From an uncultured delta proteobacterium (GTDB lineage Bacteria; Desulfobacterota; Binatia; UBA9968): a stretch of DNA of 64,000 nucleotides. Positions 41,278-50,199 of the stretch are shown piece after piece. The stretch lies in the NCBI GenBank assembly GCA_963840855.1, contig CAWJBB010000034.1, forward strand, positions 1-64,000. The letters run 5' to 3'. The notes below the pieces were generated by a model. That model was not told the DNA's origin, ran no database searches, and saw only the letters and a list, made by a program, of their open reading frames with translations. How positions within the stretch are numbered: position 1 is the stretch's first letter; each line of letters opens with the position of its first letter. The translations under genes and the position numbers were made by a program.

Positions 41278-42066
41278 CTATTTTTTCTCGTCGGCGGTGA
41301 CTGAACGCGATGCCGAATGGATCGGCACGGTGGCTTCGCGCAACGAGTAGAGATACTTGATGACGTCTTCGTTGGACATGTACTTGCTCATGTCGTAACG
41401 CTCCCGGTGGACCATATCTTTCAGTGGCCGCCGCACGCCTGCGGCGCGGGCGGGCACATCCGGGTAGCCGATTGGAATGATCAGGTAGAGCTTCAACAAA
41501 TCGGGCACGCCGAGAATGCGCTTGTGCGGCTCTTCGATGTGGATCGACACCCACTCGGAAGTAAGGCCAAGCGACGCCACCGCCAGGTGAATCAAGAAAC
41601 TGGCATTGGCCAAACTGTCGGTCAAGTGCGATTGATCGCGCCCGAAGGTGTGCGCGCCCATCACCGTGCCCCATTGGCGCCGCCCGTCGCCCAGAACGAC
41701 GATCACCGCCGGAGCCAGGTGCCAGTTGGCTTTCGCTTTGTTGAATCGCAGCGACTCATGGGGATCATTTTTTACCTGGTACGAGGGATGGCGCAGGCGG
41801 TACTCCCGCTGCTGCTCCATCCAGAAAATCAAGTCGGTGTTGTATTCAGAGTAGGCGTCGCGTAGTTGCTTTTTAGTCTCCTGATCCGTCACGACGACGA
41901 ATTCCCAAGGCTGTGAGTTGGCCCCGGACATGGCCCAACGCGCGATTTCAAGAATCTTGTCGATGGTATCGTTGGGAATCGGGTCGGGCTTGAACTTGCG
42001 CACGCTGTGGCGTGCCTTCACGAGGTCAAGCAGCATATTGTAGGTCGGGTTGTCTCCGGTTTTCAA
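41278..42066 (-). CDS. Nitroreductase family flavoprotein (paralog of 30400-31182)
   Basis: GGGAGG + TTG; WAMSGANSQPWE, GDGRRQWGTV.GAHTFGRDQSHLTD shared with the paralog. Confidence 0.9.
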   Translation of the reverse strand: MKTGDNPTYNMLLDLVKARHSVRKFKPDPIPNDTIDKILEIARWAMSGANSQPWEFVVVTDQETKKQLRDAYSEYNTDLIFWMEQQREYRLRHPSYQVKNDPHESLRFNKAKANWHLAPAVIVVLGDGRRQWGTVMGAHTFGRDQSHLTDSLANASFLIHLAVASLGLTSEWVSIHIEEPHKRILGVPDLLKLYLIIPIGYPDVPARAAGVRRPLKDMVHRERYDMSKYMSNEDVIKYLYSLREATVPIHSASRSVTADEKK

Positions 42067-42087
42067 ATCAGCCTCCCGCTCGTTTTG

Positions 42088-42187
42088 GTTCAAAAAGTTC
42101 AAACCGTTCAAGTCGTTCAAACCGATCTCCGGATTGTTCGACGACTTGAACAATTTGAACGGCTTGAACGATTTGAACGCGTTGGAA
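42088..42187. repeat. Nonamer GTTCAA/TTGAAC inverted-repeat element
   Basis: GTTCAAACCGATC..GATTGTTCGACGACTTGAAC core shared with 50119-50183. Confidence 0.8.
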
Positions 42188-42198
42188 GGTCTCTCCCG

Positions 42199-42699
42199 CT
42201 AGGCGCCGGCCAGTTTGTCCAGCGCCTCGCCGGTCACGCGAAACACCGTCCATTCGCTCATCGGGACCGCGCCAAGTTTTTTGTAAAAGCCAATAGCGGG
42301 CTCGTTCCAATCGAGCACCGACCATTCGAGCCGCCCGCAGCGCCTCTCCTTAGCGAGGCGCGCGACGTAGAGTAGCAGCGCGCGGCCAAAGCCGCGGCCG
42401 CGATCACTTTCCTCGACAAACAAATCCTCGATGTAAATCCCGGGACGTCCGAGAAAGGTCGAGTAATTGTGAAAGAACAAAACAAAACCCACCGGCCTGT
42501 CTTCGAAATAACCGATGGCCACCTCCGCCGTCCGCCTGGCACCGAACAGGGTATCCTTTAACAGCTCTTCGCTCGCGACCACTTCGTGGGACAGTTTTTC
42601 GTATGCGGCGAGCTTCTTGATGAATGCGAGAATGATGGGCAGATCGGCCTCAGACGCCGCGCTGATTCTAAAACCGGGGTTATTTTGCGGCGATGACAT
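42199..42699 (-). CDS. GNAT N-acetyltransferase (diamine/SSAT-like)
   Basis: LAAYEK, FHNYSTFLGRPGIYIEDLFV, RGRGFG, EWSVLDWN. Confidence 0.9.
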   Translation of the reverse strand: MSSPQNNPGFRISAASEADLPIILAFIKKLAAYEKLSHEVVASEELLKDTLFGARRTAEVAIGYFEDRPVGFVLFFHNYSTFLGRPGIYIEDLFVEESDRGRGFGRALLLYVARLAKERRCGRLEWSVLDWNEPAIGFYKKLGAVPMSEWTVFRVTGEALDKLAGA

Positions 42700-42707
42700 T
42701 GCGGCGT

Positions 42708-44924
42708 CTATCCTTTCCGGTCCTTGAGCGCGCGCCAGACGCGCTCGGGCGTCAGCGGCAAATCTCTAATGCGCACGCCGGTGGCGCGATCGATGGCATT
42801 GCATACCGAGGGCGCGACGGAAAGAATTCCGCCTTCAGCCATGCCGCGCACACCGAACGGCCCGGGACCATCGCCGTTTTCAACCAGCACGGTGTGAAAC
42901 TCTTCCGGCACCTCCGAGAAAGTCGGAATCCGGTAGTCGATCAGATTGGGATTGAGCAGTTGGCCGTTGTCGTAAATCAGCTGTTCGAAAAAGGTATGGC
43001 CGATACCCTGCATCGCCGCCCCTTCCTCTTGCGCGATGCAGTGCTCAGGATGGATGGCCTTGCCAACGTCGGAGACGGAGATGAATTTTTTCAATTTCAC
43101 TTCACCCGTCTCCTGGTCGAGATCGACTTCGGCGGCGCCCATGGCAACTTCCCAAAAAACCGGCAACTGGTTGCCCGTGATCTCCGGTCCCGCCTCGCCG
43201 CGTCCGATCATTTCGCCGCCGGAACCTTTACCGAAGCGCCGCTCGAAAGCTTCCTTGAAGGTTAACCGCGATTCGCCGCAGACGAGCGCGCCATCGGCAA
43301 CCTCGATCCGGCCGGGTTTGACACCCATCGTCTGCGCGCCGATCTTAATGAGCTGCTGCTTTAAATCCCGCGCGGCTTTTTGCACCGCTGTACCCATCAA
43401 AGTGGTCGAGCGGCTCGATCCGGTCGAGCTATCGTAAGGTGTGACTTTCGTGTCCGCGCCGGCCACGCGGAACTGCTCCATCGGCAGGGTAAGCTCCTCG
43501 GCGGCGATTTGCGTGAGCGTCGTGCGCACGCCCTGACCCATTTCCGTGCTGCCCGCGGCAATATTGGCAATGCCGTCGGACTGCATGCGAATCATCGCAA
43601 CCGACACCGGCGTCGCGCCGGCATTGGTGATCGCGCATCCCATGCCCACCGCCACGGCCTTTTTCTTGATCGACGATTTCCAGTGGCTGGCGCGCATCAA
43701 GGTCTTGAGACTCGCTGCCAGGTTAGCATCGATACCCTTCAAGCCCGGCCGCAGCTCCTGCCCTTTCTTGAGCAAATTTTTTGCCCGCAACTCGGCCGGA
43801 TCCATGCCCAGCTTCGCCGCCAAGATCTCGATTTGCGACTCCCCCGCATAGATCACCTGCGGCGCGCCGATGGCGCGATAGGAACCCGCCGAACCGGTAT
43901 TGGTATAGACCTGATAAGCGCGGGTGCGGATATGGGGAATCCAGTAGGGACCGAGCACCCGCGTCGCGGCGCGCGCGGTTACCTGCGGCCCATTGTCGTC
44001 GTAACCGCCGGTGTCGAGATAAATTTCCGCCTCCCGGGCCATGATCGTGCCGTCGTTTTTGACTCCGGTCTTGATGCGCACCCGCGCGCCATGGCGCCGC
44101 ACCGTAACCATCGACTCGCCGACCGAATTGCAAATACGTACCGGCCGCTTCGCTTTGCGCGCCAGCGCAACTACCAGCGGCTCGAATTTAGTGTATGATT
44201 TACTGCCGTACCCGCCGCCCAGATAGTTGATAATCATGCGCACTTTCGCCGCCGGAACTTTGAAGACTTTGGAAATATCCCCGCGCACTTGGAAAGGATG
44301 CTGCGCCGACGACCAAACCGTGATTTCATCGTTAACGTCATAGTGCGCGATGGCCGAATGAGGCTCCATCGCGTAGTGGTAGACCATCGGAAAAGTGAAT
44401 GTATCTTCGGCAACCACATCGGATTCGGCAAACCCGTCATCGACGTTGCCGCGATCGACCTTTTCGTAGGTGCCGATGTTGCCGCTTTTTTCTTCATGAA
44501 GCCGCGGCGCGCCGTTCTTTATGGCCGCCTCCATGTCAGCCACCGCCGGCAGTTCTTCATAGTCAACACGAATCAACGACAATGCTTCTTCAGCAGTCGC
44601 CAAATCGTCCGCCGCCACCGCCGCCACGGGTTCGCCGATGTATCGCACCTTTTTCATGGCGATGACCGGACGGCCGTTGTAGATCGGATTGAGATCGGTG
44701 ATATCCGCTTCAGTCAGGACCGCGGCGACGCCAGGCAGCGCTTCAGCTTGAGCCGTGTCGATAGAACGAATGCGCGCGTGCGGATAGATGCTGCGCAGGA
44801 TTTTGCCATGGAGCATGCCGGGAACGGCGATGTCGCCGACGAATTTGGCTTTGCCGGTAACTTTCTCGACGCCGTCCACGCGTGGCACGTTACGGCCGAC
44901 ATATTTCAGTTGTCGTTTCGCCAT
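42708..44924 (-). CDS. Xanthine dehydrogenase family molybdopterin-binding subunit
   Basis: RVDG..KVTG, AMEPH, GGGYGSK, YRAIG, EMGQG, GPGPFG..GMAE. Confidence 0.92.
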   Translation of the reverse strand: MAKRQLKYVGRNVPRVDGVEKVTGKAKFVGDIAVPGMLHGKILRSIYPHARIRSIDTAQAEALPGVAAVLTEADITDLNPIYNGRPVIAMKKVRYIGEPVAAVAADDLATAEEALSLIRVDYEELPAVADMEAAIKNGAPRLHEEKSGNIGTYEKVDRGNVDDGFAESDVVAEDTFTFPMVYHYAMEPHSAIAHYDVNDEITVWSSAQHPFQVRGDISKVFKVPAAKVRMIINYLGGGYGSKSYTKFEPLVVALARKAKRPVRICNSVGESMVTVRRHGARVRIKTGVKNDGTIMAREAEIYLDTGGYDDNGPQVTARAATRVLGPYWIPHIRTRAYQVYTNTGSAGSYRAIGAPQVIYAGESQIEILAAKLGMDPAELRAKNLLKKGQELRPGLKGIDANLAASLKTLMRASHWKSSIKKKAVAVGMGCAITNAGATPVSVAMIRMQSDGIANIAAGSTEMGQGVRTTLTQIAAEELTLPMEQFRVAGADTKVTPYDSSTGSSRSTTLMGTAVQKAARDLKQQLIKIGAQTMGVKPGRIEVADGALVCGESRLTFKEAFERRFGKGSGGEMIGRGEAGPEITGNQLPVFWEVAMGAAEVDLDQETGEVKLKKFISVSDVGKAIHPEHCIAQEEGAAMQGIGHTFFEQLIYDNGQLLNPNLIDYRIPTFSEVPEEFHTVLVENGDGPGPFGVRGMAEGGILSVAPSVCNAIDRATGVRIRDLPLTPERVWRALKDRKG

Positions 44925-44997
44925 GATGACTCCGCGTTGCAGGATTCCTTCCGATACCTAACAAAGCCTCTCTGGCAGTGCAAGAAACCAATAGACT

Positions 44998-45118
44998 CGC
45001 GCAAAGGCGCAAAGAACGCCAAGTGATGGGCCGAGGCCCGTCATCCCGAGCGAATGCGAGGGATCTAAGAAAGATTTCTCCCTTCGGTCGAAATGACAGA
45101 GCGTTTTTCTTGCGCCTT
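44998..45118. repeat. Octamer-family element enclosing a GTCAT...ATGAC palindrome (45040-45097)
   Basis: CGCGCAAAGGCGCAAAG..CGCCAAG [GTCATCCCGAGCGAATGCGAGGGATCT..AGATTTCTCCCTTCGGTCGAAATGAC] ..TTGCGCCTT. Confidence 0.6.
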
Positions 45119-45308
45119 ATCCCCTCGACGCGAGCATCGAACTGTTTATTGATTGGTCTTCACGTCAAAGGTTCCTTCACCCTTTCAGACCGTGTCGCAA
45201 TCCGCGCAAACGCCTTGATGTCATGCTGAGCGAAGCGAAGCATCTCGCATTTTCAAGCTGTAACGAAGCCGGTTGGGAACGCAATTCATTTCCGCTATAA
45301 CTGCGTCC

Positions 45309-46004
45309 ATGCGCTTCGAATCCCGCCTCATCCGCGGCACACTCGTTCAGCGTTACAAACGATTTCTCGCCGACGTGCGTTTAGCCAACGGCGAAATCGT
45401 CACCGCGCACTGCACGAACACGGGCAGCATGATGGGCTGCAGGGAGTCCGGCAGCGCGGTTTATCTCTCGCGCTGTGATAACCCGAATCGCAAGCTAGCC
45501 TATACCTGGGAGCTCATCCGCGTGAACAAGATCTGGGTAGGAATTAACACGATGCATCCTAATCGTCTGGTCGCCCACGCCATTGAAATGGGGCTCATTC
45601 AAGAGTTGCGCGGGTTCGATTCCATTCGCCGGGAAGTGGTGACGCGTCCAGGCACGCGGCTCGACCTCTGTCTCGAGGGCAAGAATGGCTCCTGCTTCGT
45701 CGAAGTGAAGAATGTCACCATGGCCGTCGACGGCGCTGCGGCGTTTCCCGACGCCGTCAGCGAGCGGGGCACCAGGCACTTGAAAGAACTCATGCGTCTC
45801 AAGCGTAGAGGCCACCGCGCCGCCGTTGTTTTCGTGATTCAGAGAGAAGACTGCGGGGCATTTCGCCCCGCCGATGAAATCGACCAAGAATACGGACGCT
45901 GGCTGCGCCGCGCTATCAAAGCCGGCGTCGAAGCCCTTCCCTATCGCGCTAAGGTCACGCCGCGAGAGATCGTTCTCACGGAGCGGCTCGAGACGAGATT
46001 GTGA
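45309..46004 (+). CDS. sfsA: Sugar fermentation stimulation protein A (DNA/RNA nuclease SfsA)
   Basis: RYKRFLAD, HCTNTGSM, VEVKNVT, FPDAVSERG..HL. Confidence 0.93.
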   Translation: MRFESRLIRGTLVQRYKRFLADVRLANGEIVTAHCTNTGSMMGCRESGSAVYLSRCDNPNRKLAYTWELIRVNKIWVGINTMHPNRLVAHAIEMGLIQELRGFDSIRREVVTRPGTRLDLCLEGKNGSCFVEVKNVTMAVDGAAAFPDAVSERGTRHLKELMRLKRRGHRAAVVFVIQREDCGAFRPADEIDQEYGRWLRRAIKAGVEALPYRAKVTPREIVLTERLETRL

Positions 46005-46044
46005 ACGAAAATTATTCATTTGCGCAAACCAGGAGGAATTCACA

Positions 46045-46830
46045 ATGAAACTCACCGGGCAGGTGGCGATTATCGTCGGCGGCGCCCGCGGTATCGGCGC
46101 AGCGATCGCGCATACTTTTTCTCAGGAGGGCGCGAGTCTGGTCCTGGTAGACTTGGAAAAAATGAAGCGTGAGCTCGATGCGGTCGCTCAGGCAATTAGC
46201 CAGAAAGGCGGCAAAGCCGTCTCGCTCATCGCCGACTGCACAGACGATCAGCAAGTCAACGCGATGGTCAACGAAACTGTGCGGCGCTTTGGAAAAATCG
46301 ATGTTTTCGTCAACAGCGCCGGTTTTCGCGGGCCGCTGGTGCCGGTGCAAGACATCACGGAGAAACAGTGGGATGACGTGCACAATGTCAATCTCAAGCT
46401 GGCGTTTCTTTGCTGCAGGGCGGTGTTGAAAGTGATGATCAAACAGAAAAGCGGCAGCATCGTCAGCATCTCCGGCACCGCGGGCAAAGAAGGCATGGCT
46501 CTGCGCGGTTCGCTGTGCGCGGCAAAATGGGGTCTTTTAGGGTTGACTCAGACGATTGCTAAAGAAGCCGGGCCTTACGGCGTAAGAGCCAATGTCATCT
46601 GCCCGGGCGGGATGGACGAACCGGACTTGAGAGAAATGTACGCCGAAAGAGCCAAGGGGTTGGGAATGGAATTTTCCCAACTAGAAAAGCAAGTCTTGGA
46701 ACTCACGCCTTTGCGCAAGTACGCCCAGCACGACGAAGTCGCCAAGGCTGCGCTGTTTCTCGCCTCCAGCGACTCCTCGCACACAACGGGTGAATCGCTC
46801 AACGTTTCCGGCGGCCGACTAATGAATTAG
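46045..46830 (+). CDS. SDR-family oxidoreductase-like protein, catalytic Tyr absent
   Basis: AGGAGG RBS, GGARGIG, NSAG, LCAAK in place of YxxxK. Confidence 0.88.
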   Translation: MKLTGQVAIIVGGARGIGAAIAHTFSQEGASLVLVDLEKMKRELDAVAQAISQKGGKAVSLIADCTDDQQVNAMVNETVRRFGKIDVFVNSAGFRGPLVPVQDITEKQWDDVHNVNLKLAFLCCRAVLKVMIKQKSGSIVSISGTAGKEGMALRGSLCAAKWGLLGLTQTIAKEAGPYGVRANVICPGGMDEPDLREMYAERAKGLGMEFSQLEKQVLELTPLRKYAQHDEVAKAALFLASSDSSHTTGESLNVSGGRLMN

Positions 46831-46842
46831 ATGGCTCGGGCT

Positions 46843-46955
46843 GTTTCTGGTTTCGAGTTCCGGGTTTCGGGTTAAACTCAAGACGCGCATTTATCGTGAT
46901 CGTGTCCGTGAAACGTGACCGTGAAATCCGAACGAGCACGAACCACGAACACGAA
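46843..46955. repeat. Short tandem repeats between convergent genes
   Basis: GTTTC(T/G)(G/A) heptamers and (NNCGTG)n / (CACGAN)n hexamers in inverted orientation. Confidence 0.5.
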
Positions 46956-47011
46956 TTTGAGCGAGACAATCGAGCGCAACGAAGCAGGTGAGGCATTTTT
47001 GGACAGCCTGG

Positions 47012-47785
47012 CTATTCCCACAAGCCGTCTGGCAAAGGCAAGCCGGCAAGATCTTCGGCGTTGAGCCGCCCGTCGGGTTCGATGGCGAAGCGCTCCAGCA
47101 CGGCGATCAACTGCCGCGTGTGCTGCGCCGAGTGCCAAGTGGACCGCTCCAATAGCTGATGCATGGGCGGCGTACCGTAGAAGGTCCTTACCGTCTGCGC
47201 GCAGGACTTATCATCGAGCCGCATCCACCAGGCCTCCAGCCGCTCTATGATACTCTCGCCGTATTCAGCGATCTGCGCTCCCGTGGTGCAGGCGCCCTCG
47301 GCGGGAGGGACGTTCGCGTTACTCACCCAGTATTCGATGTCGTCGATGGCCGTCTCGAGGAACGCTTCCCCAATGCGAAAAATATGATGGCCCATGAGCC
47401 TGATCGAGCGGTCGCGGTTGTCGATCACACGCTCGCCAAGCCGCTGGTCGGGAATTTGCCGGATGTAACGCTGCGCGGCGCACAATACGTTTTTCCACTT
47501 CACCAACAGCGTCGGCGGCGGCAACGGTGTGTGCCCGCTGCCTTGCAAGCCGACGAATTCCGCGACGTCATCGAGATTCTGGCAGAAGACAAACTGCTCG
47601 CCTTTGGCGAGCACTGGCACCGTCTGCACTCCGAGTTTTAGCAATCGATCTTGCCCGCCGGCGTCATTCAACACGTCGACGGGAATGAATTCGATGCCTT
47701 TCTGCGAAAGAAACTCTTTCGTTTTTAAGCAACTGCTTCAACCCGGCTGGGTGAACAACACAAATTGATTCGCGGCGTTTTCCAT
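47012..47785 (-). CDS. Selenoprotein: glutaredoxin-like UxxC domain fused to a DinB-like domain (257 aa, Sec16)
   Basis: GGAGG + ATG 47785; FTQPG-TGA-SSC-LKTKEFL..GI.F..VDV..TVPV in frame with the 47012-47674 ORF; DinB His motifs GHH and WHSAQH. Confidence 0.85.
47705..47721 (-). promoter_or_regulatory. Putative bacterial SECIS hairpin
   Basis: CGAAAGA-GTT-TCTTTCG on the mRNA, stem starting 16 nt after the UGA, G as the first loop base. Confidence 0.6.
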
Positions 47786-47861
47786 AGCATCCTCCGTCGA
47801 GCGGATAATCGAATCCGATTTGATGATGGCTCTGTACGAGCCCCGTGCCTCCCCAATTTAC

Positions 47862-47887
47862 GGGCGACCACGTAGGGTCGCCCCTAC
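47862..47887. repeat. GTAG-type REP
   Basis: GGGCGACC-ACGTAG-GGTCGCCCCTAC. Confidence 0.65.
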
Positions 47888-47913
47888 GAGTATCAACCAA
47901 TTCACCCGCTGGA

Positions 47914-48894
47914 TCAAGAAAGATAACCGCGCTCGCGCCAGAACCGTTCGGCGGCGGGATGCAGCGGAATATCGAGCGGTCCATCCGCGGTATCGCGGCA
48001 CATGCGGTCCAGAGGCAGAGGCCCTGGTTCTTGCCAGGCGATCACGTCCTTCCTCGTCTCCAGAGCAGCGCAGATTGACGTCACAATCGTATCCGCGACA
48101 TTCGCGTGGGTATAGACGGTGAAACCGCTGAAATCCAGCGACGGCACGTCGGCCGGTAGTTTAGGATAATTTGCTTGGGAAATTACCGCGCGGCGAAATC
48201 CGAGCCCTTCCAACCGCGTCAACATTGCTTCATCCAGCGGTAGGATGCGAATTCCGGACCCAGCGGCGTCATTGACCCAGGAGCGCACCGCTTCGTCGAT
48301 GATCATGTCCACTTCGCCGCGCTGCGCTGCCCCAAGCCGGTTCGGGTTATTGGGCAACCCGGGGTCGTAGCGCACCTGTCCGCCCCAGGACACGATATCG
48401 TCGAGGGACAAATCCGCCGCCGAAAGCACTTCCTTCACGACCACATGCAGTGAGTGATCCATTTGCCCGCGCATCGATACCCGCAGCGGGTAGCGCCGCG
48501 CGCGAACCTCATGCAACGATTGCAATCCGGTTTTTTCAGACACAGCAAATGCCAACTGGTCCGGCGATGGGATGACGGTGATCGCCCGAAGTGGAACGGC
48601 TGTCTTGAATGGCCCGGTGCCGCGAACTGCCAAGGGCAGCAGGCCTGCGGGGTTGATGATCGCCGCCTGGACTTCGCCGCGCGCTACCTCCTCGATCGCC
48701 GCGGGACCGTCGCTGCCGAAGAGACAAACGGACCACTTATCCGCCCCTTGCTCGCGCAGACTGATGCGCGCCTGGCGGTAAGGCCAACTACGTTGATCAA
48801 CCAACTCGGAAGCGACTTCTAAAACGAGTCGCGAGCGAATTGTGTCCCGCCCCACTGACCGACTTTTTGTGTCACTCGTTGATGTTTTCACCAC
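47914..48894 (-). CDS. TAXI-like periplasmic-binding-protein fold protein with no signal peptide
   Basis: C-terminal IPLHPAAERFWRERG typical of TAXI; hydrophilic N-terminus. Confidence 0.75.
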   Translation of the reverse strand: MVKTSTSDTKSRSVGRDTIRSRLVLEVASELVDQRSWPYRQARISLREQGADKWSVCLFGSDGPAAIEEVARGEVQAAIINPAGLLPLAVRGTGPFKTAVPLRAITVIPSPDQLAFAVSEKTGLQSLHEVRARRYPLRVSMRGQMDHSLHVVVKEVLSAADLSLDDIVSWGGQVRYDPGLPNNPNRLGAAQRGEVDMIIDEAVRSWVNDAAGSGIRILPLDEAMLTRLEGLGFRRAVISQANYPKLPADVPSLDFSGFTVYTHANVADTIVTSICAALETRKDVIAWQEPGPLPLDRMCRDTADGPLDIPLHPAAERFWRERGYLS

Positions 48895-48954
48895 TGGAGT
48901 CTCCTTAACCGCAACTCAGACCTGTAATGAGATTTATCTTCCAAAAATTTCTGA

Positions 48955-50049
48955 CTAAGAGAAGGTCAATATGCCCCTGCCAAGAATCCGCCCATGTTCC
49001 AGATCGTCGACGGCCACGTTAATCTGATCCAGCGCGTAGCGATTCGTCACCAGCTCATTCAAATTCAGCTTGCCGTCGCGGTACCAGCGAATAAAGAGTG
49101 GAAAGTCACGGTCAGGACGGCAGTCGCCACCGCTGGTGCGCGTAAAGGAGCGGCTGCCGGCGAACAAGCTCGTATCCAGAATTGCCTTCGCTCCCGGTGG
49201 CGTCAGGCCGATCAGCAATGCTGTACCGCCCCGGTTGAGGCCGGAGTGCCCCACTCTGACGGCGCGCAGGATTTGTTCCTGGGTTTGCGGCAAACCCACG
49301 GCATCGATGGCATAGTCAACGCCGCCGCCGGTTAGTTCTTGAATCGATTTGACCGCGTCCGCCTTCCGCCCGTTCACGGTGTGGGTAGCGCCGAAGCGCC
49401 GGGCGAAGGCAAGTTTCTCCTCGATGACATCCACGGCGATGACCGGGTGCGCATCGACGATGGCAGCCGCCGCGATGGCGCAAAGCCCGATGCCGCCGGC
49501 GCCGAAAACCGCCACCGACTGACCCGCTCTCACTTGCAGCGTGTTGATGATGGCGCCGGCTCCGGTCATGACAGCGCATCCGACGATGGCCGTAACATCG
49601 GTCGGCATATCCTTCGGCAGCGGTACTACAACGCGCTCCTGCGCCAGCGCGTATTCCGCCCAAGTCGCGGCCGAGTGCATGACCTCTTTGCCTTTCCACG
49701 CGGCGGTGTACTGCGCGCGGTCGTTCAGAGCATGAGCCACGAGCGGCTGCGTGGTCGTCGAACTGTCGCGATCGACCCAGGTCGTAATCACGTGGTCGCC
49801 TTCTTTGACATGCTTGACGTCGCGTCCTTTCGCCGCTACTACCCCGGTCGATTCATGACCCAAAAGCGCCGGTAGACGATGGCCGGGCCGGGGCGGCCGC
49901 CCCATGCTGTGCAGTTGCGAGTGACAAACGCCGCTGGAAAACAGTTTAACCAACACCTGATCGGCCCCGGGGTCAGGGAACTCGACTTCGTCCACGACCA
50001 GAGGTTTGTTGGGTTCTACGAAGATCGCCGCTCGGCCTTTAACACCCAT
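48955..50049 (-). CDS. Zn-dependent (MDR) alcohol dehydrogenase lacking the structural 4-Cys site
   Basis: GVCHS, GHE, GCAVMTG, GAGGIG. Confidence 0.9.
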   Translation of the reverse strand: MGVKGRAAIFVEPNKPLVVDEVEFPDPGADQVLVKLFSSGVCHSQLHSMGRPPRPGHRLPALLGHESTGVVAAKGRDVKHVKEGDHVITTWVDRDSSTTTQPLVAHALNDRAQYTAAWKGKEVMHSAATWAEYALAQERVVVPLPKDMPTDVTAIVGCAVMTGAGAIINTLQVRAGQSVAVFGAGGIGLCAIAAAAIVDAHPVIAVDVIEEKLAFARRFGATHTVNGRKADAVKSIQELTGGGVDYAIDAVGLPQTQEQILRAVRVGHSGLNRGGTALLIGLTPPGAKAILDTSLFAGSRSFTRTSGGDCRPDRDFPLFIRWYRDGKLNLNELVTNRYALDQINVAVDDLEHGRILGRGILTFS

Positions 50050-50118
50050 ATTTCATTCTCCCTCTTTCACCTCGGGGTCTTACACTCGCGACTCACTGCA
50101 GAGGTGCGCCATTTACGA

Positions 50119-50183
50119 CGTTCAAAACGTTCAAACCGATCGCGCGATTGTTCGACGACTTGAACGATTTGAACGGCTTGAAC
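50119..50183. repeat. Nonamer GTTCAA/TTGAAC inverted-repeat element
   Basis: Near-identical core to 42088-42187. Confidence 0.8.
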
Positions 50184-50199
50184 CCAACCCTCACGACCG

